Positions 35,748 through 46,142 of a stretch of DNA of 55,456 nt are shown piece after piece (position 1 is the stretch's first letter; every line of letters starts with the position of its first letter). The DNA comes from Bacteroidota bacterium (GTDB lineage: Bacteria; Bacteroidota; Bacteroidia; Palsa-948). Both the position numbers and the translations under genes were made by a program. The DNA lies in NCBI GenBank assembly GCA_023251675.1, contig JAHEYJ010000003.1:1-55456 (forward strand), read 5' to 3'. The notes beneath the pieces were generated by a model. It did no database searches. It worked only from the letters and a program-made list of their open reading frames with translations, and had not been told where the DNA came from.

Positions 35748-38120
35748 CTAATTCCTCAAAACTTTCCCGCCAACAAGAATAGACTGGATCCGTTCCAGCG
35801 TTTTCTTTTCACCGGCAAGTGACATGAACGCTTCCCGTTCCAGATCCAGTAAATATTGTTCGCTTACCAACGTCGGCGAAGAAAGATCGCCGCCGCAGAG
35901 AACATACGCCAGCTTCTGAGAGATCTTCACATCGTGTTCTGAAATATAATTTCCGTTCAGCATGGAATCGGCACCTAAGTAGGCAAGCCCAAGCGCCTGC
36001 CTGCCCAGCACACGGATATCTTTTCTCGGAACCGGCTGGCTGTAGCCGACAGAAAGTTTCAGGCATTCTGCTTTTGCTTCTGCCAGCAAACGAGGATACG
36101 AAACCACCACGCGGTCAATTCCTTTCCGGAGATAACCAAGGTCAAATGCCTCGTATGCCGATGTTCCGACCTTCGCCTGGCCGATGGTCAAAAATTTATC
36201 GCGAAAATTATTCAACTCTACATCGCCTTCCTGCAGTTCATCCGAAAGACGAACGGCAAATTCTTTTGAACCGCCGCCACCGGGAATGAGTCCAACACCA
36301 AATTCTACAAGTCCCATATAGGTTTCCGCATGCGCCACCACTTTATCGGAATGCATGCTCATTTCACACGCGCCGCCGAGCGCCAAATTATGCGGAGCCA
36401 CCACCACGGGAATCGACGAGTAACGCACGCGCATCATCGCGTTCTGAAATGCTTTCACGGCAAAGTTCAGTTCGTCCCACTCCTGCTCCACTGCCAGCAT
36501 GAAGATCATTCCTACGTTTGCTCCGGCAGAGAAATTGGCGCCTTCGTTGGAGATCACCAGTCCTTTGAAATCTTTTTCCGCGATCTCGATCGCTTTGTTC
36601 ACACCTTCGATCACTTCACCGCCGATGGAATTCATTTTCGTGTTCCATTCCAGGTTAATGATACCATCGCCAATATCCGTAACAGTCGCTCCGGAATTTT
36701 TCCAAACGGTTTTTGTCGGACGGATGATCTCAAGAGAAATATAATCTTCCGTTCCGGGAATTGCTTTATACGATTTTGAAGGGATGTCGTAATATTTTTT
36801 GGAATTATTTTCTACCGCATAAAAAGAATTTTTCCCTAAAGCAATAAGATCATAAACCCATTTCGCAGGCTTGCTTCCGGATTTCTCCATGAACGCAACC
36901 GTTTCTTTCACGCCCAGCGCATCCCAGTATTCGAACGGGCCGAGCTCCCATCCGAAACCGGCTTTCATGGCATCGTCAATTTTATAAAGCTCATCCGAAA
37001 TTTCAGGAATGCGGTTCGAAACGTACTGGAACAATCCGAAGAACGACGCGCGGTAAAAATCACCGGCTTTGTCTTTTCCTGCGATCATCACTTTCAAACG
37101 GTCCTTCAGATTATCGATCGGCTTGGTTTGTTCAAGTGTTGCGAATTTTACTTTTTGAGAGGGTTTGTATTCCAGCGTTTTCAGATCCATCGCCTGGATC
37201 TCTGATTTTCCTCCGGCCGATTTTACTTTTTTATAAAATCCTTGCCCTGTTTTATCCCCCAGCCATTTATTTTCACTCATCTTCGCAACGTACGCAGGTA
37301 GTTTAAAAAACTCCTTCGATTCATCGTTCTGGACTCCCTGCGCCAAACCGTTTGCCACATGAATCAGCGTATCCAATCCAACCACATCGCAGGTGCGGAA
37401 GGTTGCAGATTTCGGCCGGCCAAGAACCGGGCCGGTAAGTTTATCGACTTCCTCCACCGTCAATCCCATTTTTTCAACAAGGTGGAACAAACTCATGATC
37501 CCAAAAACTCCGATACGATTGGCGATGAACGCAGGTGTGTCTTTGCAGAGAACTGTGGTCTTGCCAAGATAAAGATCGCCGTAGTGCATGAAAAAATCCA
37601 AAACATCCTGTGACGTTTTCGGAGTTGGAATTATCTCAAGAAGCTTTAAATATCTCGGCGGATTGAAAAAATGTGATCCGCAGAAATTTTTCTGAAAGTC
37701 CTCACTTCTTCCTTCCAGCATCAAGTGAATTGGTATTCCAGAAGTGTTGGAAGTGATAAGCGAGCCCGGTTTGCGGAACTTCTCTACGTTATCGAAAACA
37801 ATTTTCTTAATGTCCAGTCTTTCCACCACCACCTCAATGATCCAGTCGCAGGTGGAAATATTTTTCATATCGTCTTCGAAATTTCCCGTAGTAATTCTAT
37901 TGGCAAAAGATTTTTTGTAGATCGGCGAGGGGTTCGACTTCAGCGCAAACGCCAGCGCATCGTTCACAATTTTGTTGCGCGATTTTTTATCCGCTGCTGC
38001 ATCCTTGGGAACAATGTCCAGCAAAAGAACTTCCACCCCGATATTTGCAAAATGACAGGCAATCCGGCTTCCCATAACTCCCGAGCCGAGAACGGCTACT
38101 TTTTTTATTACTTTTTTCAT
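35748..38120 (-). CDS. fadN: 3-hydroxyacyl-CoA dehydrogenase / enoyl-CoA hydratase (FadN type)
   Basis: GSGVMG, SNTSG, HFFNPPRY, ANRIG, and a crotonase part (LGGACE, GLVEFGVGLIPGGGG). Confidence 0.92.
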   Translation of the reverse strand: MKKVIKKVAVLGSGVMGSRIACHFANIGVEVLLLDIVPKDAAADKKSRNKIVNDALAFALKSNPSPIYKKSFANRITTGNFEDDMKNISTCDWIIEVVVERLDIKKIVFDNVEKFRKPGSLITSNTSGIPIHLMLEGRSEDFQKNFCGSHFFNPPRYLKLLEIIPTPKTSQDVLDFFMHYGDLYLGKTTVLCKDTPAFIANRIGVFGIMSLFHLVEKMGLTVEEVDKLTGPVLGRPKSATFRTCDVVGLDTLIHVANGLAQGVQNDESKEFFKLPAYVAKMSENKWLGDKTGQGFYKKVKSAGGKSEIQAMDLKTLEYKPSQKVKFATLEQTKPIDNLKDRLKVMIAGKDKAGDFYRASFFGLFQYVSNRIPEISDELYKIDDAMKAGFGWELGPFEYWDALGVKETVAFMEKSGSKPAKWVYDLIALGKNSFYAVENNSKKYYDIPSKSYKAIPGTEDYISLEIIRPTKTVWKNSGATVTDIGDGIINLEWNTKMNSIGGEVIEGVNKAIEIAEKDFKGLVISNEGANFSAGANVGMIFMLAVEQEWDELNFAVKAFQNAMMRVRYSSIPVVVAPHNLALGGACEMSMHSDKVVAHAETYMGLVEFGVGLIPGGGGSKEFAVRLSDELQEGDVELNNFRDKFLTIGQAKVGTSAYEAFDLGYLRKGIDRVVVSYPRLLAEAKAECLKLSVGYSQPVPRKDIRVLGRQALGLAYLGADSMLNGNYISEHDVKISQKLAYVLCGGDLSSPTLVSEQYLLDLEREAFMSLAGEKKTLERIQSILVGGKVLRN

Positions 38121-38132
38121 AAAATAATTTTT

Positions 38133-38243
38133 CGTCATTGCGAGCAACTCGCCTTCGCGAAGCGCTTTGGCGAAGCAAGGAGCGAAGCAATCTCAAAAAT
38201 AATTCTGTGAGATTGCTTCGTCGCTCCGCTCCTCGCAATGACG
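38133..38243. repeat. Palindromic MITE/REP-like element CGTCATTGCGAG...CTCGCAATGACG
   Basis: 12-bp perfect terminal inverted repeats, inner CGAAGCAATCTCA/TGAGATTGCTTCG stem, and an extra hairpin in the left arm. Confidence 0.85.
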
Positions 38244-40001
38244 TTATTCATTGTATATTTTTGTTATCAGGTTTTTATTCGCTTCTAAGATCACTTTCCG
38301 TTTTAACGAAAGCTTTGGGGTCATTTCTCCGCTGTCAACGGTCCAGTCATGCGGAAGAAGTTCAAACTTTTTAATGGATTCGTATTGCGCCAGGCTCTTA
38401 TTTACTTTCTCGATACCCTCATGGATCATTCTAATTACTTCCGGATTTTTTATTGCTTCTTCGTTTGTGGTAAATGTTTTTCCCTGCTTCGCATACATTT
38501 CTTTTATTTTGATGAACGAAGGGACAATAAGCGCAGAAGCGAATTTCTGATTCTCACCGATGATCATCGCCTGCTCGATCAGCGAAACTTCCTTCAGTTT
38601 GTTCTCGATCATCTGCGGAGCGATGTATTTTCCGCCCGACGTTTTGAAAATTTCTTTTTTGCGGTCAGTGATCTTCAGAAATTTTCCGTCTTCAATAATT
38701 CCGATATCGCCCGTATGAAACCAGCCATCTTTGTCGATCACTTCGGCCGTTGCTTCCGGACGTTTGTAATAACCGATCATCACATTCGGGCCTTTGCAAA
38801 GTATTTCTCCGTCTTCCGCAATTTTCACTTTTACGTTTTCGATCACCGGCCCTACCGTTCCAAATTTTGTACCGTTAGGCTTTAAGTTGTTTACTGCAAT
38901 AACCGGGGAAGTTTCTGTCAATCCGTATCCCTCTAGAATAGGAATTTGTGCGCTCCAGAAGATCCGTGCAAGCCGCGGATTCAAAGCAGCGCCTCCGGAA
39001 ACTGCCGCTCGCACATTTCCACCCAGGGCTTCCCTCCATTTGGAAAAAATTAATTTGTTGGCGATTCCCAATTGAAAATTATACCACCAACTTCCTTTGC
39101 CGACACCTTCAAATTTCTCTCCCAGCGCAAGCGCCCAGAAAAATAATTTATGCTTCACGCCGGTGAGTTCCGATCCTTTTGCAATAATTTTATCGTACAC
39201 TTTTTCCAGCAACCGGGGAACGCATGAAAAAACCTGCGGCTTTATTTCGCGGAGATTATCGGCAATTGTATCCAGGCTTTCTGCATAGTAAATTGAAACA
39301 CCCAGGTACATGTACGTGTAATTAAGCATCCGCTCATAAATGTGATTGAGCGGAAGGAAACTCAGGCAGCGGTCGTGGTAACCGGCAGGAGGAAGTTCCC
39401 GCACCGCATATACATTTGAAAAAAGATTGTCGTGAGAAAGCATCACGCCTTTAGGAGTTCCGGTAGTTCCCGATGTATATAATATAGTAACAAGGTCCAA
39501 TCCTTTTATAGAATCTTTTATTGATTTCAGTTTGGCTTCGTTGTGGTTTTTTTTCCCAAATTCAACAAGGTCAGTAAAATGTTTTGCATTCGGAACATTA
39601 TTGAACGTATAGATCTCCTGGATGCTTGAAACACCGGATGCGATCGTTTTAAGTTTTTTAAATAATTCCTCGCTTGAAACAAAAACAAATTTTACCTGCG
39701 CATCGTTCAGAATAAAGGTAAGGTCATGTTCCGAAATCGTAGGATAGATCGGGATGCTTACCGCGCCGCTCATCTGGATGCCCATGTCGGCAAAATTCCA
39801 TTCGGGGCGGTTGTTGGCGATGATGGCGATCTTGTCTTCGCGCTGTACACCCAGTGCAAGCAACCCACAGGCGAGATTTTCTGAGTAGTCAATAAAATCC
39901 TGCGTGGAATAAGAAATCCATTTCCCGTTTTCCTTTTTGGAAAGGCAATCTTGTTTTGGAAATTTTGAATGGAACTGGTACAGGATCTCGAATAATCTCA
40001 T
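38244..40001 (-). CDS. Long-chain fatty acid-CoA ligase
   Basis: YTSGTTGTPKG, EGYGLTETSP, WFHTGDIG, DRKKE. Confidence 0.93.
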   Translation of the reverse strand: MRLFEILYQFHSKFPKQDCLSKKENGKWISYSTQDFIDYSENLACGLLALGVQREDKIAIIANNRPEWNFADMGIQMSGAVSIPIYPTISEHDLTFILNDAQVKFVFVSSEELFKKLKTIASGVSSIQEIYTFNNVPNAKHFTDLVEFGKKNHNEAKLKSIKDSIKGLDLVTILYTSGTTGTPKGVMLSHDNLFSNVYAVRELPPAGYHDRCLSFLPLNHIYERMLNYTYMYLGVSIYYAESLDTIADNLREIKPQVFSCVPRLLEKVYDKIIAKGSELTGVKHKLFFWALALGEKFEGVGKGSWWYNFQLGIANKLIFSKWREALGGNVRAAVSGGAALNPRLARIFWSAQIPILEGYGLTETSPVIAVNNLKPNGTKFGTVGPVIENVKVKIAEDGEILCKGPNVMIGYYKRPEATAEVIDKDGWFHTGDIGIIEDGKFLKITDRKKEIFKTSGGKYIAPQMIENKLKEVSLIEQAMIIGENQKFASALIVPSFIKIKEMYAKQGKTFTTNEEAIKNPEVIRMIHEGIEKVNKSLAQYESIKKFELLPHDWTVDSGEMTPKLSLKRKVILEANKNLITKIYNE

Positions 40002-40111
40002 GGCTAAAGAATAAAAAGGACGTAAATATACTCAATCGTTCAAAACATCTTTATAAATTCTAAAGGATTTTACCTGATATTTTCTACTTTAGTTCCTGTA
40101 ATTCTCATCTC

Positions 40112-41959
40112 ATGTTTTTCAGCCGCGACGATAAAAAGAAGGAACAAAATCCTGAACAGAAAAGCCAGCCGGAAGGAAATTCCTCCAAACAAATGGCGAT
40201 CAAATACAAGTTCAGGGACCTGAAGGTCCACTCATCGGATGAATGGATGGCAGACGGCACAAAAAAATACCGTAAAGTATTTGACCGCTACGAAACCACC
40301 TATATGCGGACTGAACTTTCTTTCTTCAATAAACTCTTTGACGAAGAAGACTGGGAAGCATCTTTCCGGCTGAAATGTTTTTTCATTAATGGAAGTCAGA
40401 AAAATGAGCTATGCAATCTTGATCAGAAAAGAAAGATCCTGAAAGAAGAAAATGTGGTGTACGTCCGTGATGCATGGGGAAATGCCACACTCGGCGCGTA
40501 TTGGCTCCGGGGAGATTACGTGTGGGAAGCGTATGTCGATGAAGTTAAGATCGGGGAAGCAAAATTTTATGTGGAGGATGTCGGAAAAGTAAAGATCGGG
40601 GAGAACCCCTACTTTGAAATTGAATCCGTCAAACTTTTTGAAGGAGACGGGCAAGGCTCAACGCAACCGGTAAAAAAATACCTGAACAAGTTCAGCCAGA
40701 AAGATACGCGGTTCCTTTGGGGAGAATTCAATTTCAAAAATAAAACGCAGAAAGATTATTACGCAGAAATCATTTTTAATTTCTACGATGATGCGCTTCA
40801 GCCCAAAGGAAAAAACTCAGTACTGAAATATGTGACCGCCAACACGGCCGGCCAGATCTATTCCCTTTATCCCGGATGGGGAAGCGACGCTCCCGGAACC
40901 TGGAAAGAAGGGCGATATACCATGGATGCTGTTTTCATGGATACGCTGATCGCCACCATTCCTTTTGAAGTTGGAAATTCTTTTGAAGAAGGAGGCGTAG
41001 CGGTAATCACCGAGAACCAGCAATCGGTGAAGGCGGCAAAAACCACTGTCACTAACGATAAATCGAAAGACCTTGATACGATCCTGAATGAAAGCATGGC
41101 AGAGCTGAATGCATTGACCGGCATGAACAACATCAAAAAAGAAGTGAATGAATTGGTGAAGCTGGTTCGCTTCTACCAGGAAACCGGGAAAGATGTGCTG
41201 AATAAATTTTCGCTGCACACCGTGTTTACCGGAAATCCCGGAACGGGAAAGACAACCGTAGCCCGCATTCTTTCAAGGATTTATAAAGGGCTTGGCATCC
41301 TGGAGAAAGGCCATTTGGTGGAAGTCGACCGCGAAGGATTGGTGGCAGGCTATGTCGGGCAAACCGCCATCAAGACCGGAGATAAGATCAACGAAGCCAT
41401 GGGAGGAATTCTTTTTATCGACGAGGCTTATTCGCTCTCGCAAGGAAAGGGTTCACAGTATGATTTTGGCAGTGAATCCATCCAGGTGATCCTGAAACGC
41501 ATGGAAGATTTCCGCGGAAAGTTCGGCGTGATCGTGGCCGGCTATTCGGAGAACATGCAGGAGTTCATCCTTTCAAACCCTGGTTTGAAATCCCGTTTCG
41601 ACCGGTACTTTCTGTTTGAAGATTACTCGCCGGAAGAAATGTTTGCCATTTCTCTTTCTCAGTTCAAACGGGAAGAAGTTATTCCCGACGAGGCTGCGGT
41701 GTCCTACCTGAAAAAATATTTCGAATTCCTGTACAGCAACAAAGACAAATATTTCGGCAATGCGCGAACGATCAGGCAGGTTTGCTCCGAAGCGGTCAAA
41801 AACCAGAACCTCCGCCTGGCTTCTATGCAAAAAGAAGAACGCACCAAAGAAATGCTTGAAACCATAATTTGGGATGATGTAAAAGAATTTGAGATAAAAG
41901 AAGCAGATTCAGGAAGAGGTAAAGTTGGTTTCAAGTTCGGGCAAGGCAACCAGGATTGA
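40112..41959 (+). CDS. CbbX/SpoVK-type AAA+ ATPase with duplicated N-terminal domain
   Basis: HTVFTGNPGTGKTT, LVAGYVGQTA, LFIDEAY, NPGLKSRF, FGNAR. Confidence 0.88.
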   Translation: MFFSRDDKKKEQNPEQKSQPEGNSSKQMAIKYKFRDLKVHSSDEWMADGTKKYRKVFDRYETTYMRTELSFFNKLFDEEDWEASFRLKCFFINGSQKNELCNLDQKRKILKEENVVYVRDAWGNATLGAYWLRGDYVWEAYVDEVKIGEAKFYVEDVGKVKIGENPYFEIESVKLFEGDGQGSTQPVKKYLNKFSQKDTRFLWGEFNFKNKTQKDYYAEIIFNFYDDALQPKGKNSVLKYVTANTAGQIYSLYPGWGSDAPGTWKEGRYTMDAVFMDTLIATIPFEVGNSFEEGGVAVITENQQSVKAAKTTVTNDKSKDLDTILNESMAELNALTGMNNIKKEVNELVKLVRFYQETGKDVLNKFSLHTVFTGNPGTGKTTVARILSRIYKGLGILEKGHLVEVDREGLVAGYVGQTAIKTGDKINEAMGGILFIDEAYSLSQGKGSQYDFGSESIQVILKRMEDFRGKFGVIVAGYSENMQEFILSNPGLKSRFDRYFLFEDYSPEEMFAISLSQFKREEVIPDEAAVSYLKKYFEFLYSNKDKYFGNARTIRQVCSEAVKNQNLRLASMQKEERTKEMLETIIWDDVKEFEIKEADSGRGKVGFKFGQGNQD

Positions 41960-42046
41960 CTTTTTTATTTCTCTTCTTCCGCTGCAAACCCGCTTTTGCA
42001 AGTATTGAATGTTTGAGTATCTTTGGCTTTAATATAACCTAACGAC

Positions 42047-42848
42047 ATGAAATCAATTTTACCTGTTTCACTAAGCGCAGTCATGGCAGCGGCATTGCTT
42101 GGTTTTTATTCCTGTGGTTCTGAAAATACAGAAGAGAACATCACAGAAGCCCGCGATTCTGTTGCTACTTCCGTAAAAGATACCGGCAGCCTGACAAGTG
42201 ATTTTTTCTATTCACTGCCTTCTCCGCTCATGCTGGTAAAAGTGTTCAAAAAGACGGGACTGAAATACATGGATGGGATTGCGAATTCACCTGATAATGT
42301 TTCGAAATATGCTTCTACCGAAAGCAAGACACTGAACCTCGGCGTTTACAGCTCGGACCTGGCCTATACCGTACTGAACAAACAGACGCAGCACGCATCA
42401 AAATACATGGAAGCGATCAAGCGCCTTTCAGATGACTTGGGCATGTCGGCGATTTTTGATGCTGATGATTATCTCAAACGCTTTAAAGACAACCTGAACA
42501 ATGTATATGAAGGATAACGAAAAAGAAAAGCAAACCCTGATGATCTTTATCGGCGCATGGGTCGAAAACATGTATATCGCCACGCAGCTTACCAAAGATG
42601 CCAATAAGGAAAAAGTCGCCCTTCGCATTGCCGAACAAAAATACATTCTGAACAGCCTGATGAATGTGGTAGCCAATTTCCAGAATGATCCGGAGTTCAA
42701 GAATTTATATTTAAAGCTCAGCGACCTGAAGAACCTTTTCAATAACCTCACCGTACAAGGAGACGATGAAAAGATCGTGATGGATGAACTTCAGCTGAAA
42801 GCGATCACGGAAAAAACTCAAATTCTCAGAAAAGAAATTGTAGGATAA
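42047..42848 (+). pseudogene. Lipoprotein gene split by a frameshift (ORFs 42047-42517 and 42501-42848)
   Basis: Lipobox FYSC in the first ORF. The two overlapping ORFs are in different frames and read as halves of one helical protein. Confidence 0.6.
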
Positions 42849-42864
42849 ATAATAATCAATTGTC

Positions 42865-43329
42865 ATGATGAAAAACTTTTTCATACGGGTTGCTGCAGGT
42901 TCTTTTGCTTTGCTTTCTTTTCTTTCCATGCCAGAACTTTCGGCGCAGCAGTGCAAAGTGAAGCCCATCGTAAAATCCTGTATGCCGCTCATGGCGCCTT
43001 TTCAATACGACAGTTATGTGATCAAAGAAATAAGCTACGGACCAAAACCAAAGAAAGAGTCGCTGGACTTCCAGGTCTTTTCCAACGAAGAATACAAACT
43101 TGTTTTCGGCCAGACCGTTCTTCCCCAGGAAGTGAACATTACCATTTACGGAATGGAGAAAGGCAAAAAGAAGATTTTGTATTTTGACGAGAGCGGAAAA
43201 AAATCGTCCTCGACCTTTAATTTCAACCCGAACAAAACCGGCACGTACTATATCGAATACGAAATACCGGCGGCAACGGCAGCCAACCAGAAAGGTTGTT
43301 TTGTGGTTCTCATCGGCATCAAGGAATAG
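42865..43329 (+). CDS. Hypothetical secreted protein
   Basis: Signal peptide, Cys pair, beta-rich TGTYYIEY. Confidence 0.7.
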   Translation: MMKNFFIRVAAGSFALLSFLSMPELSAQQCKVKPIVKSCMPLMAPFQYDSYVIKEISYGPKPKKESLDFQVFSNEEYKLVFGQTVLPQEVNITIYGMEKGKKKILYFDESGKKSSSTFNFNPNKTGTYYIEYEIPAATAANQKGCFVVLIGIKE

Positions 43330-43357
43330 AAGCCCCAACCCTAAAGGGAGAACTTAC

Positions 43358-45169
43358 TTACATACGCTCCGGCACATCAATTCCAAGTAGTTTTAGAGAA
43401 TTTTTCAGCACGTCTGAAGTTGCTGCAGAAAGTTGTAGCCGGAAATTCTTTTCTTCTTCTTTTTCCGCTTTTAATATCGGACACTCGTGATAGAACTGAT
43501 TGTATTCCTTTGCCAGGTCATATACATAATTGGCAACATGCCCTGGATTGTAGGTTTCTGCGGATTCGGAAATCACTTTCGGAAAATCATGAAGCAGTTT
43601 TATTACACTCTTTTCATTAGGATGCAGGCTGTTGGCTGGGGTTTGTGATTTGGGACTTGGAATTGGGGATTTGCGCATTACTGACTTTATGCGCGCATAT
43701 GTATACTGAATGAACGGGCCCGTATTTCCGTTGAAATCAATCGACTCTTCCGGATTGAACAGCATTCTCTTTTTTGGATCCACTTTAAGAATAAAATATT
43801 TGAGAGCGGCCATCCCGATCATCCGGTACAGGTTCTCCGCTTCTTCTGCCGAAAGATCATCGGCTTTTCCGAGCTCCTGCGTTTTTGCTTTTGCCGTATG
43901 GATCATTTCATCGATGAGGTCATCCGCATCCACCACGGTTCCCTCGCGCGATTTCATTTTTCCCGAAGGAAGATCCACCATGCCGTATGAAAGATGGAAT
44001 AGTGAGGCCCCACCTAAATCCTCCCCGAAGGGGAGGACTTTTGCACCAGCAAGTTTTTTAATAATTAAGAATAACACTTTGAAATGATAGTCCTGTTCAT
44101 TTCCAACTACGTAAATGAGCTTGTTTATTTTAGATTCCTTAAAATCCTCTAACCGCTGCATTACCGTTCCAATATCCTGCGTGATATACACCGAGGTTCC
44201 GTCGGATCTCAATAAAAGTTTTTCATCTAATCCGTCTCCAGTCAGATCAACCCAGACAGAACCGTCATCTCTCTTTTTGAAAATTCCTTTACTTACTCCT
44301 TCTTCTACAATTTGTTTTCCCAGTAAGTACGTTTCTGATTCATAATAGGTTTTTTCGAATTCAACGCCGAGGTCTTTATAAGTTTTTGAAAATCCATCAT
44401 ACACCCATCCGTTCATTTTTTTCCAAAGCTCAATGGTTTTGGGATCGCCTGATTCCCATTTGCGGAGCATTTCTTGAATTTCTACTCTCAATGGCATTGA
44501 AGCTTTCTCTAATGCCCAATGCCCGTCTGGAAGGGATGCTTCTTGCTTTTTGAACTCTTGATCAAACATAACATAGTACTTTCCCACAAGGTGATCGCCT
44601 TTCATTTTGCTCGACTCCGGCGTTTCCCCGTTCCCCCATTTCTGCCACGCCAGCATGGATTTGCAAATGTGAATGCCCCGGTCGTTCACCAGGTTCACGC
44701 GGATCACTTTTTTTCCTGCAGCTTTTAATATTTCAGAAACAGAAATACCGAGTAAATTATTACGGATATGCCCGAGGTGAAGCGGCTTGTTTGTGTTGGG
44801 GGAAGAAAATTCTACCATGACTGTTTCCGTGGCCGGCTCCTGATTCTTGATACTTGATTCCTGATTCTCTAAATACTTTATCCAGTACTCATCTCCGATC
44901 ACCAGGTTCAGAAAACCTTTTACAACATTGTAAGCAGTTACTTCCGGAACATTTGCTTTCAGATAATTTCCAATTGCTTCCGCTGTCTGCTCCGGAGATT
45001 TTTTAGAAACTTTTGTGAGCGGGAAAACGAGCAAAGTGATATCTCCTTCAAACTCCGGTTTGGTTTTCTGAAACGTGATCTGGTTGGGAGACACGGATTG
45101 ATCGAAACGGTTTTTTATCGCCTCGATGGATTTCGCCGTCAGTATATTTTCTATTCGTAATTCGTGCAT
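43358..45169 (-). CDS. argS: Arginine-tRNA ligase
   Basis: EFSSPNTNKPLHLGH (HIGH), KMKSREG, GNTGPFIQYTYAR, C-terminal PERM. Confidence 0.97.
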   Translation of the reverse strand: MHELRIENILTAKSIEAIKNRFDQSVSPNQITFQKTKPEFEGDITLLVFPLTKVSKKSPEQTAEAIGNYLKANVPEVTAYNVVKGFLNLVIGDEYWIKYLENQESSIKNQEPATETVMVEFSSPNTNKPLHLGHIRNNLLGISVSEILKAAGKKVIRVNLVNDRGIHICKSMLAWQKWGNGETPESSKMKGDHLVGKYYVMFDQEFKKQEASLPDGHWALEKASMPLRVEIQEMLRKWESGDPKTIELWKKMNGWVYDGFSKTYKDLGVEFEKTYYESETYLLGKQIVEEGVSKGIFKKRDDGSVWVDLTGDGLDEKLLLRSDGTSVYITQDIGTVMQRLEDFKESKINKLIYVVGNEQDYHFKVLFLIIKKLAGAKVLPFGEDLGGASLFHLSYGMVDLPSGKMKSREGTVVDADDLIDEMIHTAKAKTQELGKADDLSAEEAENLYRMIGMAALKYFILKVDPKKRMLFNPEESIDFNGNTGPFIQYTYARIKSVMRKSPIPSPKSQTPANSLHPNEKSVIKLLHDFPKVISESAETYNPGHVANYVYDLAKEYNQFYHECPILKAEKEEEKNFRLQLSAATSDVLKNSLKLLGIDVPERM

Positions 45170-45188
45170 ATTCGTAATTCGTAGTATT

Positions 45189-46142
45189 CTAAAAATCGTT
45201 TACCAGTTGGTTTGTGGCTTTCAGCAAGATCTCAAAAGCATTTTCTGCCATCAGGTTCTCTTTGTCGAGCGTGGGATTTATCTCCACAATTTCGAAACAA
45301 CAAACCTTTTTGCTTTTCAGCAAATGCAAGATCAGGTTACCCGCTTCTTTCTCGGTAAGTCCGCCGGGAACAGGCGTTCCGGTGCCTTTTGAAATTTCCG
45401 GATCCATACAATCCACATCAAATGAAATGTAGATCAGGTCATACGCTTCAAACGCAGTAAGGATCATTTCCGAGATGCGCTCAACGCCCCGGTTCCGGAG
45501 CTCGTCAACAGTAATATTCCGGATACCGTGCTTTTTTAAAAGGTATTCTTCCTGGCGCTCAAAATCCCGCAGCGAAACAAATACGATATCTTCATAGTGG
45601 ATCTTCGGACATATCCCTCCCAGGTTCTTTATTTTCTCCCAGTAATCGATCGTTTCCTTTGCCGGTCTGTTAATCTGAAGTTCCTTGTTGTCCTCGTTCA
45701 GCAGCGCGGCGATCGGCATTCCGTGCATGTTGCCGGAAGGAGACGTGTACGGCGTATGAAGATCGGCATGCGCATCGATCCAGACAATACCCAGTTTTTT
45801 TTCAGGATGCGCCATCCGGATCCCCGAAGCAACGCCGATCGCGGAGGTATGATCTCCGGCCAGCACAACAGGAAATGTTCCTGCCTCCCTGCTGAACTTA
45901 GCCACCTGGTCCGCAAGTCTTTCACTTAATGAATAAACGGCATTGATTCTTTTTGCGAAATCATGCGTGCACGGTTCAAAGAGAAGTTTGTTTTCATTGG
46001 GGACTTCCACCGTTTCGTGCCTGTTAAAGAATGAACTTCCGAAATCGAGCGACGCGATCTTAATGGCATCCACGCCCATGCCTGCTCCGCGCGTTCCGGC
46101 GCCGATCTCACTTTTTACTTCTATGAGTTTTATTCTTTTCAT
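45189..46142 (-). CDS. rocF: Arginase
   Basis: GDHT, DAHADLHT, SGNMHGMP, SFDVD, EINP. Confidence 0.92.
   Translation of the reverse strand: MKRIKLIEVKSEIGAGTRGAGMGVDAIKIASLDFGSSFFNRHETVEVPNENKLLFEPCTHDFAKRINAVYSLSERLADQVAKFSREAGTFPVVLAGDHTSAIGVASGIRMAHPEKKLGIVWIDAHADLHTPYTSPSGNMHGMPIAALLNEDNKELQINRPAKETIDYWEKIKNLGGICPKIHYEDIVFVSLRDFERQEEYLLKKHGIRNITVDELRNRGVERISEMILTAFEAYDLIYISFDVDCMDPEISKGTGTPVPGGLTEKEAGNLILHLLKSKKVCCFEIVEINPTLDKENLMAENAFEILLKATNQLVNDF

Noticed and set aside
37987-38374. ORFs across the MITE
   Set aside because: They are translations of the palindromic repeat, overlapping real genes.
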